IMG/VR virus record: IMGVR_UViG_3300025769_000068 | Strand: one strand, 5' to 3' | Length of the DNA: 64,000 bases | Origin: a virus | Shown: one piece after another, positions 40,961 to 50,705 of the stretch | Layout of the letters: each line of letters opens with the position of its first letter | How positions within the stretch are numbered: the stretch's first letter is position 1 | Notes under the pieces: model-generated | The model's input: only the letters and a program-made list of their open reading frames with translations | Told to the model about the DNA's origin: nothing | Databases searched by the model: none | Made by a program: the position numbers and the translations under genes

Positions 40961-41880
40961 ATAGCAAAAATCCTCATCATAACGGATAAAGTCTTATCTG
41001 TGTGTTTTTCTCTTAGGGTGTGATGAAATATGGGGTCTTTATCAATAAAGTATTGTATAGTATAATCTTCAAAATCTACCATATCATAATTTATATCATG
41101 GCAATCGCAGTCAATACCACTATTCGTGCATATGATTCTCTTTTGATTATCTTGTTTTATGCTGGGGTCTTTTAATTTGCTGATTATCTTTGGGTCAGAT
41201 CGAAGATAACAATCAAACAAAAACTCATCATTGCAAACAATGTTCTTGCTGTATTTTACATTAGGGAAATTTTTATAATATGATAGTATATCTTCTCTTT
41301 TGTTGAAATTTAAATTATTCTCATCTAGGAAATTAATGAAGCCCGTACAGAACTCTCTATTAAACAATGAGAATCCTGTATTGCTAATTAAGTGCTGATG
41401 CGTAGCATTAGGAAATCTGCTATTTGCGAAATCCATTTTAGATATAATATAATTGTATGAACTTTGTCTTTTGTCTTTATTTTTCGCATGTGCTAATCTT
41501 CTCTGCCATAAATCTTCCCGTGTCCCTAGATAGCAACACTTAATATAATTCTCACGTAAATTAAAGCAATCCCTTATGTCAGTATCTCTGTTGAGTATAA
41601 GCGTGTCGAGATCTATAAATATTCCATAATCATTATCAGAATTTAAGAAATCGTACATCCTGTACATCTTTCTCATGGCGGGATTTTGTTTCCAAGTATT
41701 TTTTCCGCTTTCTATCGTGGCAGATAAAGCCATCTGTACTCTTGGGTCGTTAAACCTTATAACTTCTAAAGGTATATCGTATTTTGAAAAATAATTCTTT
41801 ATATTACTTTCTGAAAGTGACTGCCAGCAATCGCTGGTTAAATTTTCAAAAGTATTACAAAGATATGCAGATATTTTCAT
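40957..41880 (-). CDS. Putative GT-A glycosyltransferase
   Basis: FIDLD motif, NTG, NDE. Confidence 0.5.
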   Translation of the reverse strand: MKISAYLCNTFENLTSDCWQSLSESNIKNYFSKYDIPLEVIRFNDPRVQMALSATIESGKNTWKQNPAMRKMYRMYDFLNSDNDYGIFIDLDTLILNRDTDIRDCFNLRENYIKCCYLGTREDLWQRRLAHAKNKDKRQSSYNYIISKMDFANSRFPNATHQHLISNTGFSLFNREFCTGFINFLDENNLNFNKREDILSYYKNFPNVKYSKNIVCNDEFLFDCYLRSDPKIISKLKDPSIKQDNQKRIICTNSGIDCDCHDINYDMVDFEDYTIQYFIDKDPIFHHTLREKHTDKTLSVMMRIFAI

Positions 41881-41881
41881 A

Positions 41882-42523
41882 TTAGTAAGTATATTTAAAT
41901 TCAGTAATTAAGTCAAGACATCTTTGTTGCACTAGGTTTTTTGTTTCTTCATTATAGTATGCTGTATAGTGTTCGTGGTCAGTGTTATTTATAACTATCG
42001 GTTCAGCCTCCTGAATTTTAATTCCTGACATTCTATTTTCTATACATTTACCAATTTCATCAAGATCATTCTTCATGTTTTCCATTTTCCCAATATAATT
42101 TATTTGATCATATAAATAGTCCTGTTGTTTATGAAAAGCAGTTTTGATCCAAGTTTCAAAATCATTGTCGGCGCATGGTTTAGCCCAATCTAATTTGTCT
42201 TGTTTATATCTTAACTTTCCAAACTCATAAGAAGAAACATACCAATCCCAAGGATTTCTTACAAACGTAAAAACAAAATAGTCATTTACATCTATATTCA
42301 AATCTTCTAGATAGCGTTTTAAATCGCCATAATTAGAATGCTGTGGCATGTCCGTTGAGTTTCCCCACTTCGCAAGGTCTTTAAATAAAGTAAACTCTTC
42401 TGCTGGAATATGATTAATGTTTGGTACATATCCACACATCTTCATCATTTCGTGAGCGATGGAACTGCCACCCGTTTTTGGTATATGTAAAAAAACAAAT
42501 TTATATTTGTGAGAAATTATCAC
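41882..42523 (-). CDS. Sulfotransferase family 2
   Basis: FLHIPKTGGSS, FVRNPWDWYVS. Confidence 0.85.
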   Translation of the reverse strand: MIISHKYKFVFLHIPKTGGSSIAHEMMKMCGYVPNINHIPAEEFTLFKDLAKWGNSTDMPQHSNYGDLKRYLEDLNIDVNDYFVFTFVRNPWDWYVSSYEFGKLRYKQDKLDWAKPCADNDFETWIKTAFHKQQDYLYDQINYIGKMENMKNDLDEIGKCIENRMSGIKIQEAEPIVINNTDHEHYTAYYNEETKNLVQQRCLDLITEFKYTY

Positions 42524-43392
42524 GACGTTACCTCTTCAATATTAAATTCGGTCTCAATGTGTGGTAAATCTTTTAGGAAATCTTCCTTGTTTTTAAAATT
42601 ATCTTCTTGATTTTTCCTTGGTCGAGTTTGTTTAACTATTGGTGAAACCTGAATTGGATAATTTTCATCTATATTTTTTAAAAAACTAGATGCATCATTT
42701 TTTGTTATCTGTGAATATTCTAATAAGTGATAATTTCTATTTTTAGTTTTTAGCAAAGAAAAGTAATCTCTGTATATATTTTTGCAAGCATTGACTCTAG
42801 CTTCATAATCTTTAAGATTCCATTCTACCGGAGCATCGTGCTTTGGGTCGTATACTTCTCCTCCAACCCATTGTCCCGATATCATAGATCGTTCAAAACT
42901 AATATGTATATCAATTAATGACTTTCTGTATAAGACTATTATGGTATCGCAACTATCAATTATATCTGGAAAAAATTCAGCAATTGTATACGGCCTATGA
43001 TAAGTTGGTACAATCTTACAGAAAAAATATTTATAATTAAGATTAAACAAGGTTTTTACTATACTGTCAAACATGTCCATTGCGTATGGCTGATAATCAA
43101 ACCAAGGTTTTTCTTGCATATGACGTTTTGTACTACCTTGCACGGATTCTGCCAATCTCCACAAGAATTCACGATGAGACTTGGGGAGAGGTAAACCGTT
43201 GTCTGAAAAGACTCTGTGCATTACTTTAAAATGATAGGGGATATAGTAATTGAATATTTCACCACAAGAATAACTATATTTATCTATAGATTTGAAATGA
43301 TTAATCAAAAAACTAGAACCAGTTCTACCATTAGCTAATATGCAAGTTTTTTTCATTTCTTTGTTGTGTTGCTCCTGTCTTGGAAGTAACAT
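42520..43392 (-). CDS. Stf0-like sulfotransferase
   Basis: RTGSSFL, GEIF, LYRKS..S. Confidence 0.7.
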   Translation of the reverse strand: MLLPRQEQHNKEMKKTCILANGRTGSSFLINHFKSIDKYSYSCGEIFNYYIPYHFKVMHRVFSDNGLPLPKSHREFLWRLAESVQGSTKRHMQEKPWFDYQPYAMDMFDSIVKTLFNLNYKYFFCKIVPTYHRPYTIAEFFPDIIDSCDTIIVLYRKSLIDIHISFERSMISGQWVGGEVYDPKHDAPVEWNLKDYEARVNACKNIYRDYFSLLKTKNRNYHLLEYSQITKNDASSFLKNIDENYPIQVSPIVKQTRPRKNQEDNFKNKEDFLKDLPHIETEFNIEEVTS

Positions 43393-44243
43393 TTTATTTC
43401 TTCTTGTAAATCTTTATACAGGTTAGGCAGTTTGTATAGTCCGTTTTGTTCGTCAATCTCTAAAAGTTTTGGATTAAATTTGTAGTTATCTAAAATTATT
43501 TCTCTCTCTATGTAACCCCTATCAAGTTTATCTCCATGATAAAAATGCTCTAGATCGCCTTCGCAGTAACCAATACTGTAAGTATCCTTAATAGGTTGTC
43601 TTTCAGAATAGTCTAGAAAATCAAGCACAATATTTGGAGTGCAACAACCAACTAGTTGACTATTTAAAAAATCACCCATAGCACCAACTATTTGCATAGC
43701 ATCATTAGATCCCAATATATGTCTATCATAAAAACCTTCGGGTATATAACTGCGATTTATACCCCACACAAGACCTAAAGCAAAATGTTCGTCAATAAGT
43801 TTAGTACTTCGTTCAAAGTCGTATATATTTTTACCATAACCACGACAATTTAAGACATTGTTAGATCCTTCAGTCTCGAAAACATTTTCAAATCCCTGCA
43901 CCATTAAATGTTCATCTAATTTTTTATCCATCTCGTCTAGCCAATCAGCATTATTAAATTTTAAATCTGTATCTAGCCAAACAATTTTATCATATTCGGG
44001 TGGTAAAGTTTCTAGAATGATATTGAAAGTTCTTTCTTTCTGCCACAGTATATTGTTTTGATTAGCTAGAATTTTGTGACTATCACTAATGCAAAAATCA
44101 CCTTCTCTTAATGCAACCTCCGCAGTAATTATGGGGTGATTAAAATTTTCTCTAAACTTTTCGTAAAGTTCTCGTCTTAATTTATTACCATTGTAGTTAA
44201 AGTAAGAACATATACAAGCTATCATTTTTGCCCCTCTTCCCAT
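43353..44243 (-). CDS. Putative glycosyltransferase
   Basis: LWQKER, WLDTD, HFYHG..R.Y..R. Confidence 0.55.
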   Translation of the reverse strand: MGRGAKMIACICSYFNYNGNKLRRELYEKFRENFNHPIITAEVALREGDFCISDSHKILANQNNILWQKERTFNIILETLPPEYDKIVWLDTDLKFNNADWLDEMDKKLDEHLMVQGFENVFETEGSNNVLNCRGYGKNIYDFERSTKLIDEHFALGLVWGINRSYIPEGFYDRHILGSNDAMQIVGAMGDFLNSQLVGCCTPNIVLDFLDYSERQPIKDTYSIGYCEGDLEHFYHGDKLDRGYIEREIILDNYKFNPKLLEIDEQNGLYKLPNLYKDLQEEIKCYFQDRSNTTKK

Positions 44244-44674
44244 TTCTGCCTTATTCTTAACATACTAACGAATGGAAGTGCTTTCCTGCATCTTTTTATC
44301 GCTTCCATTCTCTGAGGGTAACTTTCTATGATATTAGGATTTATAGGTGAAGAAAATATTAGATGTACATAATGTGATATAATTCTAGATAATTCTACGT
44401 CATTGTTTAATGGAGATTTATATCTTTTTTCGTTTTCCTTCATAAGTTCTAGCATAAGATCCGTTAATATAGACAGTTGAATAATATAGTTATTTTTATA
44501 TTTTGTATAGTGAACTATGTTATGATAGTAAAGCCTTTCCTTGTCAGAAAAACCTTTTTCTTTACAATATGGTTGGTAAAAATCTTTCACCTCTGGATTT
44601 TTCAACAGATATTCTTCTTCATCAAAATTTTTCTTGACTTTATTAGTTCTGTAAAAATCTTCTATAGATATCAT
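44222..44674 (-). CDS. Hypothetical protein
   Basis: FDEEEYLLKNPEV segment. Confidence 0.45.
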   Translation of the reverse strand: MISIEDFYRTNKVKKNFDEEEYLLKNPEVKDFYQPYCKEKGFSDKERLYYHNIVHYTKYKNNYIIQLSILTDLMLELMKENEKRYKSPLNNDVELSRIISHYVHLIFSSPINPNIIESYPQRMEAIKRCRKALPFVSMLRIRQKWEEGQK

Positions 44675-45738
44675 TATACGCTCTGATCAAAATGAGTTCT
44701 GTTAACCAAGTTAAATTCTGCACACTTATTCATATCTTTGAGCTTTGTCGCTCCGATATACGCACAGGCACTACGTAGACCACCAAGTACATCTAATATA
44801 ATGTCTTTCACTCGACCCTTGTATGGTATTTCTTTTACACGGCCTTCACTTGCTCTGTAATTTTTTACTCCACCATATTTTGTTTGTGCTTCACTTGAAG
44901 ACATGCCATAAAACTTTAGAGACTTTCTAACCATTTTACTACCGTCTGGTAGCCACTCGTATTGCCAATCACCTTCGCATTCATATGTTCCAGCTAACAT
45001 ACCGCCCAGCATAACAAAATCTGCACCAGCAGCAAACGCTTTGCATACATCGGCAGGATTTCTACAACCACCATCAGCACACACTAGTCCTAGTCTCCCA
45101 TCTCCGTTACGTAAACCATGCGCTGCATGACTACACTCAATTATAGCTGATAACTGAGGGAATCCAACACCAGTTTTTAATCTTGTTGTGCAAGCAGATC
45201 CGGGTCCAATACCTATCTTAACAATATCTACTCCACCATGCAAGATTAATTCTTGTACCATCTCTGGAGTGCAAACATTACCAGCCATTATAATAGTATG
45301 TTTGCTTACATGTCTTCTCACCCTGTGGCAAAAGTCAACAAAGTCATCTGTATAACCATTGGCTACATCTATACATATATTAGGCTTCATGCCTGATTTT
45401 TCTTTAAACTCATTGTACTTAAAAATATCTGCGTCTTTAATACCTATACTATACCACTGAGTTTCAGGGTAATATAATTCACGTACTAGATCATCTACCT
45501 CATAGTGCTTATGCAGGCACGTTGGCATAGCATATTCAGCTAATGTTTTAGACATGGCGAAACTACCAGTTGTGTCCATGTTCGCCGCGAAGATGGGTAC
45601 ACCTTCCCATACGTTATCAGAATGATAGAAAGAGAAATTGCGTACCAGTTTAATATCAGATCGTGAAGCAGTTCTGCTTCTGTGGGGTGCTAATAATACG
45701 TCATCAAAGTCTAGCTTAGGCTCGTAATTAATTTTCAT
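44674..45738 (-). CDS. guaC: GMP reductase
   Basis: AANMDT, CIDVANGY, GIGPGSACTTR, ADGG, FYGMSS, ASEG. Confidence 0.92.
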   Translation of the reverse strand: MKINYEPKLDFDDVLLAPHRSRTASRSDIKLVRNFSFYHSDNVWEGVPIFAANMDTTGSFAMSKTLAEYAMPTCLHKHYEVDDLVRELYYPETQWYSIGIKDADIFKYNEFKEKSGMKPNICIDVANGYTDDFVDFCHRVRRHVSKHTIIMAGNVCTPEMVQELILHGGVDIVKIGIGPGSACTTRLKTGVGFPQLSAIIECSHAAHGLRNGDGRLGLVCADGGCRNPADVCKAFAAGADFVMLGGMLAGTYECEGDWQYEWLPDGSKMVRKSLKFYGMSSSEAQTKYGGVKNYRASEGRVKEIPYKGRVKDIILDVLGGLRSACAYIGATKLKDMNKCAEFNLVNRTHFDQSV

Positions 45739-45740
45739 GA

Positions 45741-46524
45741 TTAGTATTGTCCGTTTTTAAACCAAAACAGTGCTTTCTCAGATTCATATTCAGATAGATC
45801 ATGATTTTCCTGATATGTACGTTGATGTTCTAAATGTTTATTATCTGTTATATTATTATATATGTCAGTCGCTAAACCTTTAACGCTTGTGGCTAAACCT
45901 CCAGCTGATTCATCGTCTTTAGCCCAAGTGTACTCATATGTATATTCATCGGTATTTTCTGCTTTTTCTCTTGAGACATTATAACCTTTTGCTTTAGCCC
46001 ACTTTTTTATTTCTGACCATTTCATTTATCTATTCCTTGACAATAATTATATATAAATTCTGACAATTGCAATAGTCTATATTTATCTACTTCTGTAAAT
46101 ACCTGACAAAACTGAGCGTGGTTATAGCACATTTGAGTTGGCTTGTGCGTCTTGTCTACCATAGAGATAATAGTTTTACCAGCATCTGTTTTAATTAACT
46201 CTACAGTTATATTATTTACTTCGTCTAATTTACAATAGTGTTTTTTCATAATCCAGTATTAATCCATATCAATTGTTGTACGTACATAACTAAACCAATC
46301 ATGATTATTGTTAAAACAATAGGTGCAATCCAGTGATGAAGGAGTATGTCAGAACGTATATGAACAGACCAATAATCACTGATCGCATTGTCAATTTCAT
46401 CATCAGAGTAACTTTCATTTTTTAATACCCATCTTAATTGTTCTTCTGTTAATTGATCTTGTTCATCCCAGTATCTTTTTGCCATTACTAAAAGTCTTTC
46501 ATCTTCATCTATATTTCTATACAT
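45741..46524 (-). CDS. Three small hypothetical proteins (45741-46025, 46022-46249, 46246-46524)
   Basis: Overlapping start/stop codons. Confidence 0.5.
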
Positions 46525-47443
46525 TTCCTTTCGTCAATTCTACCGCCTTGGTAGTAATCCAATTGTTTAAATCTACAGAAGGTTTCCATTTTAAAATGTT
46601 CTTAGCTTTAGTTATATCCGCTTTGGTATGCCTTGCTTCTCCTTTTCTTGGAGGTATATGAATGTGATCTGCTGTACCACCCCCTACCATTTTAACTAAA
46701 TCTAATACGCTATAACTATTACCTGTTCCTATGTTAAATAATTCTCCACAAGCTTCTTTAGGTGCGGTTATAGCCTTTATATTAGCCTCTACGACATCAG
46801 ACACATGTGTGTAGTCTCTAGTTTGTAAACCATCTCCAACAACAGTCATAGGTCTTTCCTCTGAGTATTGTTTTTGAAATAGTCCAACAACTGGAGCGTA
46901 TTGACCTTTAGTTGGTTGTCTTTCTCCGTAAACGTTAAAATATCTAAAAGTAATTGTTTCCAATCCATATAGATTGTAATACATTCTAGCAAATTCTTCA
47001 CCAGCAGTTTTTGTTATAGAGTATGGATTTAAACAATCTTTTTTCATATCTTCTCTAGAGGGAGTGGGGTTAGCTAATCCATAAGCGGAGGATGTAGAAG
47101 AATAAATAACTCTTTTCACATCATTTTGTAGTGAATACTGTAAAACCCTGCACGTTCCGAGAACATTAGTTTTTATTGCTAATTCTGGATTTTCTAATGC
47201 TGGTTGTATTCTTGATTCTGCTGCTAAATGAAAAACGTAATCTACATTTTTAAATAGATTTTCTATATTATTAAATGTTATAGATACTTTGTGATAATTC
47301 GCTTTGTCGTTGTAATAAAAATTATCATTACATGTTGCTGATTCGTCGTCAATAACAACAACTTCATAGCCAAGATCAACACATCTATCTACGACGTGAG
47401 ACCCAATGAAACCACAACCGCCTGTTACTAATATTTTAGTCAT
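46517..47443 (-). CDS. NAD-dependent sugar epimerase/dehydratase
   Basis: VTGGCGFIGSH, YSITK, RYFNVYG; start reassigned to MTKIL. Confidence 0.9.
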   Translation of the reverse strand: MTKILVTGGCGFIGSHVVDRCVDLGYEVVVIDDESATCNDNFYYNDKANYHKVSITFNNIENLFKNVDYVFHLAAESRIQPALENPELAIKTNVLGTCRVLQYSLQNDVKRVIYSSTSSAYGLANPTPSREDMKKDCLNPYSITKTAGEEFARMYYNLYGLETITFRYFNVYGERQPTKGQYAPVVGLFQKQYSEERPMTVVGDGLQTRDYTHVSDVVEANIKAITAPKEACGELFNIGTGNSYSVLDLVKMVGGGTADHIHIPPRKGEARHTKADITKAKNILKWKPSVDLNNWITTKAVELTKGNV

Positions 47444-47464
47444 AATTTTTCCTGAATAAAGACC

Positions 47465-47500
47465 GGGGTGGGGCAAGCCACACACTACTTGCCCCACCCC
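47465..47500 (-). terminator. Strong 13-bp GC hairpin after the rIIB-like gene
   Basis: GGGGTGGGGCAAG..CTTGCCCCACCCC. Confidence 0.6.
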
Positions 47501-47512
47501 TCCCTACAGTCA

Positions 47513-48379
47513 CTAGCTAAGAACAGCTTCACGCTTTTTGAGAACGTTGTTAACACGCTCCAACTTAGCAGTGACCTCAACCACCCATTCCTGATTACGC
47601 TTCTTAAGATTAGAGTAGTCAATATCATCCTTTGTCATGTGGACGACACTCTTTAGTAAGTCTTCAAACTCACTGACAACCTCATATTTGCAGCAGCGTA
47701 GTTTCTGACAACGGCAGTCGTTTGGTACACTTACAACATCGCGTGGATTTACCTTGCAAATCATAAGCTTGTTGCCACCATCACCTTCGTTGTCATCCAA
47801 GTCAATCCCGCCATATGACTTGGCATAATCAAATGCTCCAACGTGTAGTCCAGCAGCACAATGATGTTCTCTGTTTCCATTTACTTTGCTACGTGGAACC
47901 TCACACGTACTTCCAACATTGTTATCAAATGTATTAGAGTACAAATCTTTATAGTTAGAAGATACTGCTTTATATGCTAAGAAATGTCCATCAGGTGTGA
48001 TAGGCATGTTCTTATTTTCCATAAACTCAAACAGTTCTGTGATAGCATGGTCAGATGGATTCTGTGACATGTTATCAAGGAAGTTAAGCATAGGCTCAAA
48101 AGGATAACCCTGCTGGATCATATCAAGGATTGTACCACCAAACATCTCTGGCATATCAATCCCATCCCATTTCATCTTGCCATTCTCAACGCTGGCATAT
48201 CCATCGCAATACGCATTCACATGCGACACAATATCATAGGATGCTTCAAAGTGTTCGACATTATTATTCTTAAGATGAGTAATAAGTCTTTCGTATCTTG
48301 GGTGCGACTTGCCGAAGGTGTAAACTTCACCTGCCACTGTCGCTGTTACGTTCCCGTCATTTGCAATAATGTAATTCAT
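47513..48379 (-). CDS. rIIB-like protein
   Basis: ITPDGHFLAYKAV, GLHVG, KVNPRDVVSVP.D..KLRCCKYEVV. Confidence 0.8.
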   Translation of the reverse strand: MNYIIANDGNVTATVAGEVYTFGKSHPRYERLITHLKNNNVEHFEASYDIVSHVNAYCDGYASVENGKMKWDGIDMPEMFGGTILDMIQQGYPFEPMLNFLDNMSQNPSDHAITELFEFMENKNMPITPDGHFLAYKAVSSNYKDLYSNTFDNNVGSTCEVPRSKVNGNREHHCAAGLHVGAFDYAKSYGGIDLDDNEGDGGNKLMICKVNPRDVVSVPNDCRCQKLRCCKYEVVSEFEDLLKSVVHMTKDDIDYSNLKKRNQEWVVEVTAKLERVNNVLKKREAVLS

Positions 48380-48432
48380 TTCAAACTCCTGTGTGTAAAT
48401 GTTTTGAATCCCACTTGTTCCTTTATTGTACT

Positions 48433-48870
48433 TTAATATTCGTCATCTGTCAAGCGAAACTTTAGATTTTTTTTGTGAGAATCAGATTCCTCGGAAAGCC
48501 CGCTAAAATCAAGGCTTGCTCCAGACCAATGATTGGTATGAGTTCTTGTATCATTATCTACCTCTATGTTAAAAGAAATTAAATCACCTTCAAACGGAAA
48601 AGATCCGTCTTCATCACTATATCCATCTATTACTAAATCCCACTCATTTAAGAAATCATATACTTTTACATATGATTCTTCGTCGTATCTGTATAATACA
48701 TAATCTGAATCATCATACATCCATATGTAAACTTTGTCACGCTTTACTTCTACTCGATCTACATCAATCTTTAAAGATTCTGATACTGCGATTTCCAAAG
48801 GGCTGTAATTAGAATTGTATGCACTGTTGATGTGCTTGTCTGTAATTTCTATTGTAACTTTGTCAATCAT
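48433..48870 (-). CDS. Acidic hypothetical protein
   Basis: ORF in operon. Confidence 0.45.
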   Translation of the reverse strand: MIDKVTIEITDKHINSAYNSNYSPLEIAVSESLKIDVDRVEVKRDKVYIWMYDDSDYVLYRYDEESYVKVYDFLNEWDLVIDGYSDEDGSFPFEGDLISFNIEVDNDTRTHTNHWSGASLDFSGLSEESDSHKKNLKFRLTDDEY

Positions 48871-49504
48871 CCCACCCTAAAGCCTCCGATATTAAAGGTA
48901 ATTCTGAAATAAATATTTTTTTACATTCTTCTGCAATTGTCATATGTTCTTTTTGTGTGCCGTATCCGGTTCTTAAGTTTATGTAATGAATCCAACTACG
49001 TACAGTACCATTCATATACATTTTTGTTGGAGTGGCTAATGGTAATACAAATCTAGCGCATTCCTTGGCAACCCCATCGCTTATCATCATATCATACAAA
49101 GCTTTAGATTTTGCAAACAACTCTCTCATGTTTTGATTATATATAGCTTCTTTAACATCGTTAAGATTGTCTATACTGTTTTGTCTATTATCTGGATCTT
49201 GAGTTCTAAGCTCTGGTGTATTTATCGTCTCTCCAAGGAAAGAAGCATCAGCATATCTTTGAGAAAATTCTTGAAAACTAAAACTACGATGCCTCAATAT
49301 TTGTGCAGCAATACCTCTCGTAGTATTAATTTCAAGAACCATATTAGCCATTTCAAATATAGACCAATGACCATGTTGTATGCAATATCTCAAAAGTTTA
49401 GCGTAGTTATCGCTATCTTGATTCTTTGGGTTAGACACCCTAGCACAATATGCAATAGTTTTTTGCGCGTCAGGAGAAACTGACACTAGATTTACTTTTC
49501 CCAT
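48863..49504 (-). CDS. thyX: Flavin-dependent thymidylate synthase
   Basis: HWSIFE, QILRHRSFSFQEFSQRY, ARFVLP, TQKEH. Confidence 0.95.
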   Translation of the reverse strand: MGKVNLVSVSPDAQKTIAYCARVSNPKNQDSDNYAKLLRYCIQHGHWSIFEMANMVLEINTTRGIAAQILRHRSFSFQEFSQRYADASFLGETINTPELRTQDPDNRQNSIDNLNDVKEAIYNQNMRELFAKSKALYDMMISDGVAKECARFVLPLATPTKMYMNGTVRSWIHYINLRTGYGTQKEHMTIAEECKKIFISELPLISEALGWDD

Positions 49505-49537
49505 AGTATATTATTATACTCTATCCTAAGACAAATA

Positions 49538-50344
49538 TCAACCTTCTTCTTCTATTTGTGTTAATATTTTTTCATAATTGTTTATAATTAAGTCAATCCA
49601 CGGTTTGTGTAGACTTACTCTGGTGTGGGCTGAATAATCTTTATAACTAGAATCTAGGTTTCCATCTCCTGTATAAATGCAGGAGTGTATCCCAGCTAAT
49701 TTCTTGTCTATAAATAATCCACCACCGCTATCTCCATGACCAATCAAAAATTCCAAGCTAGTTCTTTTACTTACATCTTGAACTGAACATACCATCATAC
49801 CGCAAAATAATATCGGGTCAACATAGTTAGATCCAGCTCTGCGTTTTCCATCATCATATATAGTTCCAGTAGTCCAAGTTCCGTGCATCCCCCACCCTGC
49901 AACGCTACATAATTTACCAAGTTCATCATCCTTTTCATAAAGTTCTGGATAAAAATCAATTATAGCATCTTCTTTTAGTTTGCACAGTGCAATATCATAT
50001 GGACCTGTATTTTCTTCTTCAAATAGTTTTGGTATAAGTACCCATTCTATAAATATTTTTTTATCATCTAAAATAATATAAGGATCTTTTGCTTTTTGTA
50101 CAACGTGAGCGGCTGTAAGCACATACCTTTTCCTAATTATAACGCCTGAACCATTAAATGTCAATACTGTATCTTTGCCATCTTTGTCTTTAAAATTCAT
50201 TTTGCCATGCACTGGAACAACACACTGGTGCTTATTACCATAAGCTAAATGCTTTGAATCTGGTGTGCTAGGGTCTCTCGTTCCGCTTATCGCGGGAGAT
50301 GAAAGGCCAAGTAAAATAATCAAAGATAAAATTAAATAACGCAT
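49538..50344 (-). CDS. Secreted trypsin-like serine protease
   Basis: Signal peptide; LTAAH, DIAL, GDSGGG. Confidence 0.88.
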   Translation of the reverse strand: MRYLILSLIILLGLSSPAISGTRDPSTPDSKHLAYGNKHQCVVPVHGKMNFKDKDGKDTVLTFNGSGVIIRKRYVLTAAHVVQKAKDPYIILDDKKIFIEWVLIPKLFEEENTGPYDIALCKLKEDAIIDFYPELYEKDDELGKLCSVAGWGMHGTWTTGTIYDDGKRRAGSNYVDPILFCGMMVCSVQDVSKRTSLEFLIGHGDSGGGLFIDKKLAGIHSCIYTGDGNLDSSYKDYSAHTRVSLHKPWIDLIINNYEKILTQIEEEG

Positions 50345-50681
50345 TGGACCACTCCTTTGGGGGAGTACCAAATACTTCTCGATATGGTCTATTTGTTTTA
50401 GCGAGTAAATATAGGGTACAATCGCGTACTACATTCTCATTCCAGCTTTTCCAATCCATCAAATGTCCAAAAACAAAATGACAACGCTTGCCGCATAGTG
50501 TGATTAAGTTTGTAGGGTCTAACTCTCTGCTAGGATCTACGTGATATGGGACAATGTGATGCACTTCTAGGTCGTCTCTGCGTCCACATGCAGCACATGT
50601 GGGGTTATTTTCTACGTGTTTATTACGGACAGATCTCCATTTAGGCGATCTGCCATATATTCTATCTATAAAACTAAACAT
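50268..50681 (-). CDS. HNH endonuclease
   Basis: CAACG..EVHHIVP..NLITLC..CH. Confidence 0.85.
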   Translation of the reverse strand: MFSFIDRIYGRSPKWRSVRNKHVENNPTCAACGRRDDLEVHHIVPYHVDPSRELDPTNLITLCGKRCHFVFGHLMDWKSWNENVVRDCTLYLLAKTNRPYREVFGTPPKEWSNALFNFIFDYFTWPFISRDKRNERP

Positions 50682-50695
50682 AATAACTCCGTATT

Positions 50696-50705
50696 ATATA
50701 CACTT
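50696..50705 (-). promoter_or_regulatory. Putative late-promoter motif AAGTGTATAT
   Basis: Recurrent intergenic motif. Confidence 0.4.

Noticed and set aside
47444-47497. N-terminal extension of the epimerase ORF
   Set aside because: It runs through the GC hairpin; the Rossmann motif begins right after the ATG at 47443.
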